NCBI GenBank assembly: GCA_018333525.1
Contig: JAGXTF010000058.1
Location: 27,754-91,753, forward strand
Source of the DNA: Bacteroidota bacterium
Lineage (GTDB): Bacteria; Bacteroidota; Bacteroidia; NS11-12g; UBA955
Direction of reading: 5' to 3'
DNA length: 64,000 nt
Part shown: one piece after another, positions 42,551 through 52,940 of the stretch
How positions within the stretch are numbered: the first letter of the stretch is position 1
Layout: each line of letters starts with the position of its first letter
Position numbers and translations under genes: made by a program
The notes under the pieces: model-generated
What the model was told of the DNA's origin: nothing
The model's input: only the letters and a program-made list of their open reading frames with translations
Database searches by the model: none

Positions 42551-42763
42551 AAATATTCCGGATTACAATTATCACCCTTTTAAAGGCTTTTTTTACGCAA
42601 TAATTGTCGATTCGATGGTCCATCAACCATCTTCAATTGCATAAAAATATCAATTATTTCAATATCGGCTATTGGTGTATTCCGTTATCGAATTGCAGTT
42701 CAAATACCGGGCTTGGAACAACTGGATTTTTTTCTGCTTTGAAAAAATGGAAACAACTGTAGC

Positions 42764-43978
42764 TTAAAAATTCACTTGTGCCTGCAACCGTAGTAACCTG
42801 CCTTTTTGGAAGTTATTCTGGTTGGCATAATCTTCAAATCTGCGCTCAGAAAATGTGTACATGGCTACAAGTTCAAAGTTAGCTGAAGGTTGCCATTCTA
42901 CCCCAATTTCAAGTTCTTTTACCTGATAACTTCGTGCATCCAGTTCGTGCTTTTTACCACCTTCATATTGTTGTGCACGTACAAATGGAATTAATATTTG
43001 TTTATTGAATTTTGTGAGATAGGAAAGCGTAATATAACCACCTTTTAATTTTCTTGTTTCCACTGAATCCGTTGCGGTATTAAATTCTGGTCCTTTCCCC
43101 ACATTGTATTCTGCCATAATTCCAAATGGCTGGGGATAGAGGATAAATGAACCTGCAACACGTTGATCCAGATATTCTGTATTGGGTGCAAGTTTGGTTT
43201 TAGCTGATGTGGAAAGTAAGACAAACTTACCAGTATAGGCTTGAATTGCTGGTTCAATTATCTGGTTTTTGATTTGAAATGGATAAGTAATTCTGGTAAC
43301 GATATGGGGTTTATTGTTTTTTTCAGGTTGGTTGGCGGTTTGTCCGTTATATGCTCCGAATGCAAAAACACCGTAGTCACCAGACCCTTTCAGTCCATCT
43401 TTTACCAAAGCGGAAAACCTTTTTCTGATTTTTTCAGGTGCCCAGTAGAAAAACACTCCCAAGTCCCGTTCATTGGATAATGCGCTGTTTAAAGCATCAT
43501 TTCTATCCAAAGCCATGCGATTTTGGCTTGATTGCATATTCTCAAATCCAAAAGGTACTTTACTTTGTCCAATTCGTAAGCGAAATTCATTTTTTGAATC
43601 CAATCCAATATCCATGTAGGCATCTCTGATTTGTGCAATATGATTGGTGGTTCCAGCGCTCGACGCAAAATCAGGCTGAATATAGAAATAAACGCGCTCA
43701 CTAATTTGTCCATAAAATATAATACGAATTCGACGTAAAAAGAATCCGCCACCTTCACCAATAGATTTATCACACTGTTCGCATTTTAATTTGGAGTTGG
43801 TTTCGAACAACCGATTATACCTCGCCTGCGCATATCCCCTTATTGAAATATTATCAAACCATTTACTTTTGGCCTTTTGTGTCGGGCTTGGTTGTAGTTT
43901 TAGGGTGTCTGACTGCGCAAATAGTGAGTTTCCAAATGCCCCTAATGCGATTGTTGATATGAGAATGCTTAGCTTCAT
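42764..43978 (-). CDS. phosphate-selective porin O/P-family outer-membrane porin
   Basis: Signal peptide (MKLSILISTIALGAFGNSLFAQ). The pattern fits a Porin_O_P beta-barrel. A C-terminal Phe closes the protein. Confidence 0.7.
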   Translation of the reverse strand: MKLSILISTIALGAFGNSLFAQSDTLKLQPSPTQKAKSKWFDNISIRGYAQARYNRLFETNSKLKCEQCDKSIGEGGGFFLRRIRIIFYGQISERVYFYIQPDFASSAGTTNHIAQIRDAYMDIGLDSKNEFRLRIGQSKVPFGFENMQSSQNRMALDRNDALNSALSNERDLGVFFYWAPEKIRKRFSALVKDGLKGSGDYGVFAFGAYNGQTANQPEKNNKPHIVTRITYPFQIKNQIIEPAIQAYTGKFVLLSTSAKTKLAPNTEYLDQRVAGSFILYPQPFGIMAEYNVGKGPEFNTATDSVETRKLKGGYITLSYLTKFNKQILIPFVRAQQYEGGKKHELDARSYQVKELEIGVEWQPSANFELVAMYTFSERRFEDYANQNNFQKGRLLRLQAQVNF

Positions 43979-44296
43979 TATCTCCAGGTTAATTATGTTG
44001 CAAAAAGATTTCTGAAACACTAATAAAATGATATGCCAATGTTAAATAAATGTTAAATTTCAAAATAAACGTGCATAATAGGTTGGTAATCAATTAAATA
44101 GTATTTTGAATTGGGTAATATATGCGTAACACATGATTAACCTAACGAGAACAATATCTTCCAATAGAGATGGAATGGACTACCTGATTTTATCTTTTTT
44201 CGATCACCTTAAAATCAAAAATGGACAAATGAAAACGGAAACATCTGATAATTTAGATGGTTTCGACAAACCCGGGAGTGAGAACGGAGATAATGA

Positions 44297-45247
44297 TTAA
44301 AAAATCAGGTTATTTCCACGATATTTTTTCTGTTTTGTTTTCCAGCGGTATGCAAGAGATACTTCATGAGAAACGTATTTGGAAATTATGCCATCGGAAA
44401 TCTGCTTATCATAGCTATATAATATCCTGTAGTTGTTATTCTGAATTCCAACATGAAAGATTGCAGCATCCAATTCGTGATTTACCTGAAATACCTGACG
44501 CATCCAAATCCCTCCCTGAAGAAATTTGTAGTTGAAAATTCCTCCAAATTGCAATTGACTGGATTTTCCCTGTTTGATATAACATGCCTGTGGTTGAATG
44601 TCCCATTTTGCATGTAGCAATTGAAATTGATACCCCCAGTGTAAGGTATATTTTCTATCTATAATAATTTCCGGATAGGTTATTGAAACACTTGGTTCAA
44701 AAAGATTATGAATTGCTGCACCAAAATTGAATTTCGGGTAACACATTAAGAAACCAATGCTTGTATTGGGTACCAGAATAAATTCTTTGACAGGAATAGG
44801 TGGGTTCTTGCTTGGATTATTGGAATTATATTGCAAATATTCCCAATTCCAATTGCTTGCGGAAACTTGTATACCCGAATAAAAAATATTTTTTGAAGAA
44901 TCTCCGAATTGGAAACGGAAAGAATAGATACCGTGAATTTCATTTTTTGAAAGTATATTGTTCGGAGTAATTTCATTTACATATTGTACTCCAATACCAC
45001 CATGTAATTTATCGTATCCCTGATCCCATGAGGCACAAGATGTTCTGAAACCTCCGGATAGAGTAGGCCATTTTAAGCGATAGTTTAGGGATGCGCGGCC
45101 TGCCGCATTTTCCGATTTCTCGGAAGTCCCGGCCATAGCAGGATTTAAGTATAACGGGTTTGCAAAAAACTGAGAAAATTCCGGATACTGAGCCGAAAGC
45201 ATTCTGTATGTGCAAAGTAAGAATAGAAGTAGGAGTTTAAATTTCAT
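44297..45247 (-). CDS. PorP/SprF-family type IX secretion system membrane protein
   Basis: Signal peptide followed by AQYPEFSQFFANPLYLNPAMAGT, which is the hallmark PorP/SprF N-terminal motif. About 315 aa, the size of a beta-barrel of this family. Confidence 0.75.
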   Translation of the reverse strand: MKFKLLLLFLLCTYRMLSAQYPEFSQFFANPLYLNPAMAGTSEKSENAAGRASLNYRLKWPTLSGGFRTSCASWDQGYDKLHGGIGVQYVNEITPNNILSKNEIHGIYSFRFQFGDSSKNIFYSGIQVSASNWNWEYLQYNSNNPSKNPPIPVKEFILVPNTSIGFLMCYPKFNFGAAIHNLFEPSVSITYPEIIIDRKYTLHWGYQFQLLHAKWDIQPQACYIKQGKSSQLQFGGIFNYKFLQGGIWMRQVFQVNHELDAAIFHVGIQNNNYRILYSYDKQISDGIISKYVSHEVSLAYRWKTKQKKYRGNNLIF

Positions 45248-45412
45248 TGATACTTTGTTGAATAAAACTATCCAGACCGAAAAATATCATAAGGCAGTAA
45301 TTGGTCATTTGCTTTGAATTTAAAATCCAAATTAATAACATTTTATCCGAAAGGTAATTAATTTGAGTTTAAGGTGTAATGGAGATAATTTCTGATGTTG
45401 GATGGCAAGTGA

Positions 45413-46381
45413 TCAAAAGAACATTTTTCCTGTGGAATGTCTTTTCTGTTTCGTTTTCCAGCGGTATGCCAACGATAACTCATGCGAACTGGGAATTGCA
45501 CTTCTGCCGTCCGAAACAGTCATGTCATAGCTATATAGGAATTGAATATGATCACTCATATATCCTGCAGAAAAGATTACGGCGTCTGCATTTCGGTATT
45601 GTCCAAAAGTTTGACGATACCAGAGCCCTGCCTGAATGTTTTTAAAGTTAAATGAGCTGCCAATTACCGCTTGTGAGAAATTGCGCTGTTGCATAAAGAG
45701 TAATTGTGGTTTTGCGGAAAGCCCCCATCCTTCTTCTTGAAAGTGATACCCGAAATGAACCGTGTATCTTTTGGGTATGACTTCGTTTGGACTCTGATAA
45801 AATGAAATATTCGGCTCCAAAAGATTGTGAATTGCCGCACCGAATGTGATTTTGGTATTGGAAAATACAAGACCAAATGCCGCATTTGGATAGGAGATTG
45901 CATCGCTCATTCCTCCTGCCATTCCAGAGTCAATAAATCCAACACCAGGTACGACTTGAGATCCGAATTTTAATCTGGAGAAATCAATAAACCGATTTCC
46001 ATAGGATAATTGTAATCCGGCATACAATTGGTTTTCTTCTTTGCCCAAATTCATATGGTAAGAATAAAATCCACGTATTTCACTGCTTTGTATCAAACCA
46101 TCTGCCATGGCATCATGAACGATTTGTGCACCAAATCCACCATGCACTTTATCAAAACCCTGGTCCCATCCGGCACACCAGGTTCTATAGCTTCCCTGCC
46201 ATTGGTTGCGGTAGTTTAATGTTGCACGTCCGGCGGCATTTTCCAGCTTTTGCGAAGTGCCGGTCAACGCGGGATTTAGATAAAGCGGATTGGCATAAAA
46301 TTGGGAAAATTCAGGATCTTGTGCGAGCAGGAATTTGGAAGTGTAAATGAATATAATCAGGAGCAGGTTGTTCTTTTTCAT
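45413..46381 (-). CDS. PorP/SprF-family type IX secretion system membrane protein (paralog)
   Basis: AQDPEFSQFYANPLYLNPALTGT motif. It is a paralog of the adjacent gene and shares the C-terminal LAYRWKTKQK. Confidence 0.75.
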   Translation of the reverse strand: MKKNNLLLIIFIYTSKFLLAQDPEFSQFYANPLYLNPALTGTSQKLENAAGRATLNYRNQWQGSYRTWCAGWDQGFDKVHGGFGAQIVHDAMADGLIQSSEIRGFYSYHMNLGKEENQLYAGLQLSYGNRFIDFSRLKFGSQVVPGVGFIDSGMAGGMSDAISYPNAAFGLVFSNTKITFGAAIHNLLEPNISFYQSPNEVIPKRYTVHFGYHFQEEGWGLSAKPQLLFMQQRNFSQAVIGSSFNFKNIQAGLWYRQTFGQYRNADAVIFSAGYMSDHIQFLYSYDMTVSDGRSAIPSSHELSLAYRWKTKQKRHSTGKMFF

Positions 46382-46412
46382 TTTTTATATAACGGATTTA
46401 AATTTGTTTGTT

Positions 46413-47588
46413 TCAGTGTATTTTAAAGTAGCGCTTCTGTAACCAGTATGCATAATAAGGGTCTAAAATAATGGGTTTTTCATCCAGAAAATCAATAATC
46501 TCTTTTTCCTGCAATGCTTTCTTTATTTTACTCACATTGGCCGATGTTCCCAGTTTGTATTTTTGCAGGATTTCGGTAGCATACATGCTGCTTTCACCGT
46601 TTAAAAAAGCCTCCAGAAAATTCACCTGTGTGGCAGAAAGACTATCTGTTAAAGACTGAAAAAAAAGTGAAAACTGATCACACATTCTTTCATGGGATTT
46701 CTGAATGATTTCCATGTTGCATTTTTTTGCTGTTTGTAACCAGGCCTGTTGTGCCAATTGCTGGGTGTAATAAGGATGGCAGTCTGCCAATAATGCAATA
46801 TTTGTTGCCTCTGCCTGGGAAATACTTTTACCTGTATCCCGAAACCTTTTTTGTATGAATGCAGACAGGGTTTCTTTCGTCATTTTTTGCAGAAAAATAA
46901 TATCACCGAATTTATAAAAAGGCATAGATGGTTTTGTAAATACTTCCATGAGCATATGCCTTTTACTGCCATAAAAACAATAGGTAACATGCTTGTGTTT
47001 CTGAATGACAGAGCGGAATTTTTTCTGAAATGCAAGGGGATCTTCAAAAGTGGAAATATTTTGAAATTCATCCATACATACTACCATGCGAATACCTTTG
47101 TTTTTTGCGATTTTCTCGGGTAAATCCATAATATCAGCAGGGTTCTTTTTAACTTCCTTCCAATCCAGACTTACCGCAATTTCACTATTAGGGTCCGGTG
47201 ATATACTGATTTTGGGGATTAGTTTTCCCAGATATTTTCGTGCATTATCAATAGCTTCTGCCAGTTTATTTCCTCCTGCATTAAGCACTGCTGTGGAATA
47301 TTGCGCATAAAAGTCAGCCTCATTTCTCACACTAAAAAGATCCAGATTACATATTCGTATTTTTTTGTTTTTTCTTTTTAGCTGTGCGTTTACATGCGCT
47401 ACCAGTGAAGTTTTACCCCATCTTCTGGGTGAAATCAATATGGTATTTATTCCTCCTTCAAAATTGCGTATGAGTTGTTTGGTTTCCTCATGCCGGTTGG
47501 TGAAATCGGCGTTCTCGGCACAGATCCCGAATACAAATGGAAGATTTTTTTCCATACACAAATATAGCCCTTTGCCCCGGCTTGCCAA
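46413..47588 (-). CDS. AAA+ ATPase (archaeal-type ATPase domain plus DUF234, COG1672-like)
   Basis: Walker A SPRRWGKTSL and Walker B VVCMDEF. The start is probably the internal Met at 47555. Confidence 0.7.
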   Translation of the reverse strand: MASRGKGLYLCMEKNLPFVFGICAENADFTNRHEETKQLIRNFEGGINTILISPRRWGKTSLVAHVNAQLKRKNKKIRICNLDLFSVRNEADFYAQYSTAVLNAGGNKLAEAIDNARKYLGKLIPKISISPDPNSEIAVSLDWKEVKKNPADIMDLPEKIAKNKGIRMVVCMDEFQNISTFEDPLAFQKKFRSVIQKHKHVTYCFYGSKRHMLMEVFTKPSMPFYKFGDIIFLQKMTKETLSAFIQKRFRDTGKSISQAEATNIALLADCHPYYTQQLAQQAWLQTAKKCNMEIIQKSHERMCDQFSLFFQSLTDSLSATQVNFLEAFLNGESSMYATEILQKYKLGTSANVSKIKKALQEKEIIDFLDEKPIILDPYYAYWLQKRYFKIH

Positions 47589-47669
47589 ATTATTACATAC
47601 AAAAAAGTAAGTAATTAAAAGGTAACTAACTAAAAGGTAACTAACTAAATGGTGAGCTGAAGAAAAGTG

Positions 47670-48692
47670 CTAATCCCATTTGGGATCCGGCAAGTAGGGG
47701 ATTTTTTCCATACGTTGCACGTCCATGCTCTTTGCGCCAAAATCGTTTGTAACTACCCCCTGCAAACGGTAAATACCCCGCCCCTGAAATGGATACTTCC
47801 GTGCAGCCTCAGTGAAATGTACTGTGTCAAAGAAAAAGCCTTCCCGGCCCAGCCAGGTGTCCAAACTCATGTATTCGTCTTTGATGGTGCGTGTGGGCTT
47901 AATGGTTACCAAATAACCCAAAATCTGCACCAGCCTTCCGGTGAGCTTCTGCAAGTGTCGCGCCATCAGTTGCAGTCCACCGGATTTTACAGTTTCTTCC
48001 GCCACCAGGGTAAACGGGTTGCACAGAGGAAATCCCAAAAGCTCCATTTGTTCGAAGGCATCTTCCAATTTGTCGTAAGTGAGTTCAGGCAAATGGTATT
48101 CCTTCGGGGGCTCCCGAAATAGTTTTACCATTGCCGGAACCGGTTTTTGTTTGTTGTGCAGCCAGTGTATTTCCCACATTAATTCCTTTCTGTTTTTACC
48201 GCTAAGCCGGAATGCGCCAATGCGTACCAGTATTTTTAGTTGCTCCAGCCCCGGGGCCATGCGTTCAGTAAAATCGTGCAGGTTGCGGTAATCCCCACCT
48301 GATTGGCGTTCTGCCACTATGCGCTGTGCCAGCTTTTGCTCCAGCAAAGCAGTATGTATCAGTCCCAGATAAATGGAAGTACCGCGAATGCTGGTGTGGT
48401 ACTCGCTGTGGTTTACACATGGCGCGTGAATCACGGCCCCGCTCATGCGCGCCGCATGTACATAGAATTCTGTGCGGTAAAACCCTCCGAAATTGTTGAT
48501 TCCCCCAACGTAAAACTCCAGCGGGTAATAGGCCTTCAGATACAAACTCTGATAGCTCTCCACCGCATAACTGGCGCTGTGCCCCTTGGCAAAACAAGAA
48601 CAACTTCTTAAAATTACACATTTTCCGCAGGCTTGTTGCTTCCCTTGGTATGCCTTGGATGATAAGGGCAGTTTCTGCATCTGTTTCCGCAA
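47670..48692 (-). pseudogene. 5'-truncated DnaE-type DNA polymerase III alpha gene (only the C-terminal ~340 aa remain)
   Basis: KGHSASYAVESYQSLYLKAYYPLEFYV aligns to the conserved DnaE segment [26 protein letters not shown]. The upstream ~2.5 kb of a polymerase gene is absent. The segment is markedly more G+C-rich than its flanks. Confidence 0.6.
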
Positions 48693-48897
48693 CAGGAACC
48701 CCGCTTTAACAGGTATTTGGCCGTAAGTATAAAAAGCCCGTTTTCGATATAAAAATCTTCTTCTTTATTATCATTTTTGGACTGACTCACCGGGCAAATG
48801 TATCATGTAGAATTATTTTTTGAAGATTTTTCTTCTTACAACAAAATGAAGAAAACCTATCTGCAGGAATTTCTCACTGTCTGTATATTTGCCGGCC

Positions 48898-49959
48898 ATG
48901 ATGATTTTGCTGTTCACCAAAACCGCACTTACTGTTGCTTTTTTATTGTTTATTGTTTTGGCGTTGGCATTGGATCTGGGAGTATTTACCAAAAACAATC
49001 CGCACAGCATTGGATTGAAAGAAGCTTTATGGAGAACCATTGGATGGGTTTCATCCGGATTGCTGTTTTCAATCGTTCTATACTTTTTTTATGCAGATTC
49101 TAATGGTCTTTCCGATAACATGAGTCTGGCCATATACAAAGACAGATTTAATTCCGATTTTCAATTGCATGGAGATTTTAAAAGAACGTTATCTGCTTTT
49201 TCTGGAGAAATTGTAACGCAATATCTCTCGGGATACTTTGTGGAATACAGCCTCAGCGTAGACAATCTGTTTGTTATGATGCTGATTTTCACATCTTTTC
49301 AGGTACAGGATAAACTGAGAAAAAATATATTGTTTTGGGGTGTGATAGGTGCCATTGTGATGCGCTGCTTGTTTATATTTATCGGAGGATTGCTCATTCA
49401 TAAATTTGAATGGATTCTTTACATTTTTGGAGCAATTTTGATTTATTCCGGAATAAAATTATTGGTGCAAAAAGACAAGAAAGACGAAAAAATAGAAACG
49501 GAGAAACACCCTGTAGTGCGATTTGCCAGAAAGATACTTCCCATTTCGGAACATTCCGGGCATACGAGATTTTTCACACGGGAAAATGGGAAATTTATGT
49601 TCACCGGATTGTTTGTGGTATTGTTGGTTGTTGAGTTTTCTGATCTGGTTTTTGCCGTGGATTCAGTACCGGCAATATTTGGAATTACCCGCGATCCGTA
49701 CATCGTTTTTTTCTCTAACATTTTTGCAATTCTCGGGTTGCGGAGTTTGTACTTTTTACTGAGTCACAGCTTGGAAAAATTGCATACTTTAAAATACGGT
49801 TTAAGCATTATTTTGGTCTATATCGGTGTCAAAATGGTGAGTGAATCCTGGTTTAAACTTATAGGCTTTACCCATGTTCACAACCTGATGGTATTGGTTT
49901 CCATTATTCTGTTAACCATACTTTCTTCCTATTTTTTACCACCCCAGAAGCGATTGTAA
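48898..49959 (+). CDS. TerC-family integral membrane protein
   Basis: YSLSVDNLFV TerC signature and multiple transmembrane helices. The start was set at the first ATG, 48898 (the ORF track begins at a TTG at 48889). Confidence 0.8.
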   Translation: MMILLFTKTALTVAFLLFIVLALALDLGVFTKNNPHSIGLKEALWRTIGWVSSGLLFSIVLYFFYADSNGLSDNMSLAIYKDRFNSDFQLHGDFKRTLSAFSGEIVTQYLSGYFVEYSLSVDNLFVMMLIFTSFQVQDKLRKNILFWGVIGAIVMRCLFIFIGGLLIHKFEWILYIFGAILIYSGIKLLVQKDKKDEKIETEKHPVVRFARKILPISEHSGHTRFFTRENGKFMFTGLFVVLLVVEFSDLVFAVDSVPAIFGITRDPYIVFFSNIFAILGLRSLYFLLSHSLEKLHTLKYGLSIILVYIGVKMVSESWFKLIGFTHVHNLMVLVSIILLTILSSYFLPPQKRL

Positions 49960-50007
49960 TGTCCTTTGATGGATTTATGATGGATAAAATCTTAAATTCG
50001 AATTTCA

Positions 50008-51399
50008 ATGCTCCAAAAAATCTTATTTACTTGTATTCTGATGTTTTTGATGGAAGGGAAAGCTCAAATTCCCAATGCGGATTTTGAAAACTGGACATCC
50101 ACCACTTTTGAAAAACCAAAATCCTGGGTATCCTTAGGTAAACCCGGGCGTATTCAGGGGTATAAAAGTCCGTCCGCACTTCGAATTCAACGCGATGCTA
50201 CCAATCCGGATGCTCCGGGAGCGGCCCTTTTGGGAACTCCTATTCCGGGCGGGATTTCTGGAGGACTACCATTTTCTGTATATCCGGATTCCGTAGTTGG
50301 TTATTTTAAATGGGCTATGAGTGCAGGTGACACCGGTGTTTTTTATGTAGATATAAGAAAAAAGGGGAAGAGCATTGCTTCTGCATTTATTCCTTTTTAC
50401 GATACTGACAGCAGCAAATGGTTGCGGATTGCAGCGCCTTTTTATTTTACAGATACCGGCAATTCGGATACCATAATTGTGGCAATTTTGGCGTCCAATC
50501 CTTCAAAAAAAATAATGGGTAGTTGGCTGGAGGTGGATAGTGTGCATTTTTCAGGAGGTGTGGTTGCCGATATTCCCAATGGAAATTTTGAATCCTTTTT
50601 GGTAATTACCAGGGATGATTTAAATGATGGTTGGTACACGCCAAACCTGGCCTTGGTTGCTGGCTCCGAAGTTCCCGTGAGCAAGAGCACAGATCATGTT
50701 TTCGGAAAATATTCTGCGCGAATTCAGAATCTATATCTGGATGGCTACGGATTGTTTCCGGGTTATATTTTGAGCAGTACAAATCGCAGTGGAGCACTGG
50801 TGCCCTCATTTAAAGCGGATGGTAAAGATTCCATGCTCTATTTGAATTACAAATTTTTACCCCAAAATAACGACACCATGTCTATGGGTATTTATTATTA
50901 TGACAGCGGAACGGTTGTTGGTGCGGGTTTCTTTTCTTCTGGAGCAACCCAAAATAGCTGGAAGGAAATTGGAATTCCTGTTAATTATTCCCCGTTATAT
51001 AGTGGCACGCCGGATAGTGCAACTTTGTATTGTGCAGCATTTCAGGGCGGGCAAAATCCCAGAGGAGAATCTGTCCTATTTATAGATGGTCTCCGAAATA
51101 ATATTCCTATGAACAAAGTAGGAAACTTACAAAAATTACATGCAACCATACAGATATTTCCCAATCCTGCCGTTGATAAAATTACCGCAATGTATACGGC
51201 GTTAGGGGATGTGGAACTAACAGTTTTAGGCATGGATGGGAAAAAATGGATATCCAAATATTATGGCAATTTGAAATATGGAAATTATTCCGGAACCATA
51301 GAAATTTCTGATTTTCCGGATGGAGTTTACCTGCTATGCATTTCTGATTCCAAACAAATACAGACAATCAGATTCCTGAAAAATTCAGGTTCAAAATAA
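50008..51399 (+). CDS. secreted protein of unknown function with a T9SS C-terminal sorting domain
   Basis: Signal peptide and a C-terminal IFPNPAVDKI...GVYLLCI sorting domain. It is a paralog of the next gene. Confidence 0.65.
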   Translation: MLQKILFTCILMFLMEGKAQIPNADFENWTSTTFEKPKSWVSLGKPGRIQGYKSPSALRIQRDATNPDAPGAALLGTPIPGGISGGLPFSVYPDSVVGYFKWAMSAGDTGVFYVDIRKKGKSIASAFIPFYDTDSSKWLRIAAPFYFTDTGNSDTIIVAILASNPSKKIMGSWLEVDSVHFSGGVVADIPNGNFESFLVITRDDLNDGWYTPNLALVAGSEVPVSKSTDHVFGKYSARIQNLYLDGYGLFPGYILSSTNRSGALVPSFKADGKDSMLYLNYKFLPQNNDTMSMGIYYYDSGTVVGAGFFSSGATQNSWKEIGIPVNYSPLYSGTPDSATLYCAAFQGGQNPRGESVLFIDGLRNNIPMNKVGNLQKLHATIQIFPNPAVDKITAMYTALGDVELTVLGMDGKKWISKYYGNLKYGNYSGTIEISDFPDGVYLLCISDSKQIQTIRFLKNSGSK

Positions 51400-51529
51400 A
51401 TTATAGCTTAAAGGTTTTCGCATTTTTACCCGAGGTCATTCGCATTCATGTATTACTGAAATTCATGATTTCCATCACTTTCCGAACGTAACAGGGTGGA
51501 TATTTTTGTATCATCTAAAACAAAATTCC

Positions 51530-52900
51530 ATGAAAAATAAATACATCGTGATGCTGGCTATTGGCGGAATTGCAGGTTTTGCTTCTGCCCAAATGCCCAA
51601 TCCGGATTTTGAAAATTGGACTAATGTTGTAAAGAATACACCCGCAGGCTGGACCTGTTTTGGTTTAAATAAAAAAGTAACGGGAATAAAGGGAGGCAAT
51701 GCAGTTCGATTGCAAAGCGACCCCAAACAACAATCCGGACCAGGCGCAGTTATTTACGGAAATCCCGATCAGAATTTTTCGGGGGGAATAGCTTATTCCG
51801 GAAGACCGGATTCCGCAGTGGGGTTCTTTAAAATTCATATGGAAGCCGGAGATACCGCATGGTATTTGGTGTTTTTAAAGCACAAAGGTCAGTTTCTAAG
51901 CCAAAATATATTTCCGCTTTATGGAAATGACACCTCTGTTTTCAGAAGATTGGCATTTGCAATTCCATATAGCGATACAGGGCTGTCTGATACACTTATT
52001 ATTGGCGTATCTTCTACTAACCCCAATAACCGTAAATTACAAAGTGTGGTTTTTGCAGATTCTCTGCAATTGATTACAGGTAGCAACAAATATGCTGTTC
52101 CAAACGGTGGTTTTGAATTATGGGGTACTTCATCCTGGGATGATTTGCAGGGCTGGTACAATTCCAATGCAGAGTACCCGAATGTGTTACAAAAACCGGT
52201 GACTAAATCTACGGATAGGGTTTATGGCTCATACGCTGCCAGAATCACAAATGTGGATTTGGGGGGCGGAGTTTATGGATATGGATACATTTTGGCCGGA
52301 AGGCAGGGCAATGATGGCCCGTTGCCGGGCTTCCCGGTTTCAGGTAAGGATTCCATGTTATACGTAAATTATAAATTTTACGCCCAGGGCGATACCATGA
52401 ATATTGGAATATTGATGTATGAAAATGGAAACATGGTTGGAAACGGATTTTTAAGACAGTGGGTAAGTATTCCAACATATACCCAGGCGGCAATTCCAAT
52501 TGCCTACATTCCCAATTATTCAGGAACTCCGGATAGTGCGGCAGTTTTTTGTGCTGCCTTTGTTGGAGGCGGAAAACCGCACGGCCCTTCAATACTTACC
52601 GTAGATGGTTTCCAACTAAATACGCCTTTGAATGCAATTCGGGATATGAAGAAATTAAATTGGGAATTATTCCCAAATCCTGCACAGAGTACTCTTTATA
52701 TAAAAGGCGATTTTATCCCTGCTAAAACGCTATTGAATATTTATGATCTTTCAGGAAAGTGTGTATTGCATTGCCAATCTCTGGAATTTGCAAATGGAAT
52801 TTTACAATTGGATATCTCAAAATTAAATTCGGGTTTGTATTTTCTGAATGCCACACAAGATTCTGAAGTCGGAAATTGGCAATTTGTTATTGAAAAATAA
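51530..52900 (+). CDS. secreted protein of unknown function with a T9SS C-terminal sorting domain (paralog)
   Basis: It shares the NPDFENWT, GYFK/GFFK, SGTPDSA and C-terminal sorting-domain segments with the preceding gene. The start was set at MKNKYIV. Confidence 0.65.
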   Translation: MKNKYIVMLAIGGIAGFASAQMPNPDFENWTNVVKNTPAGWTCFGLNKKVTGIKGGNAVRLQSDPKQQSGPGAVIYGNPDQNFSGGIAYSGRPDSAVGFFKIHMEAGDTAWYLVFLKHKGQFLSQNIFPLYGNDTSVFRRLAFAIPYSDTGLSDTLIIGVSSTNPNNRKLQSVVFADSLQLITGSNKYAVPNGGFELWGTSSWDDLQGWYNSNAEYPNVLQKPVTKSTDRVYGSYAARITNVDLGGGVYGYGYILAGRQGNDGPLPGFPVSGKDSMLYVNYKFYAQGDTMNIGILMYENGNMVGNGFLRQWVSIPTYTQAAIPIAYIPNYSGTPDSAAVFCAAFVGGGKPHGPSILTVDGFQLNTPLNAIRDMKKLNWELFPNPAQSTLYIKGDFIPAKTLLNIYDLSGKCVLHCQSLEFANGILQLDISKLNSGLYFLNATQDSEVGNWQFVIEK

Positions 52901-52902
52901 TT

Positions 52903-52940
52903 AAAGAAAGGAGGTTCTGAACAGGACCTTCTTTTTATTC
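52903..52940 (+). terminator. putative rho-independent terminator
   Basis: An imperfect stem, AAAGAAAGGAGG...ACCTTCTTT, is followed by TTTATT directly after the stop codon. Confidence 0.35.

Noticed and set aside
44257-45645. Two ORFs on the plus strand (44257-44535 and 45379-45645) with similar sequences
   Set aside because: Both are antisense to the conserved C-termini of the two PorP/SprF paralogs. Their similarity is fully explained by the paralogous coding sequence on the minus strand.
48798-49103. 101-aa ORF upstream of and overlapping the terC start
   Set aside because: It is in a different frame from TerC, which has a strong family signature. The ORF has no motif. It was treated as an overlap artefact.
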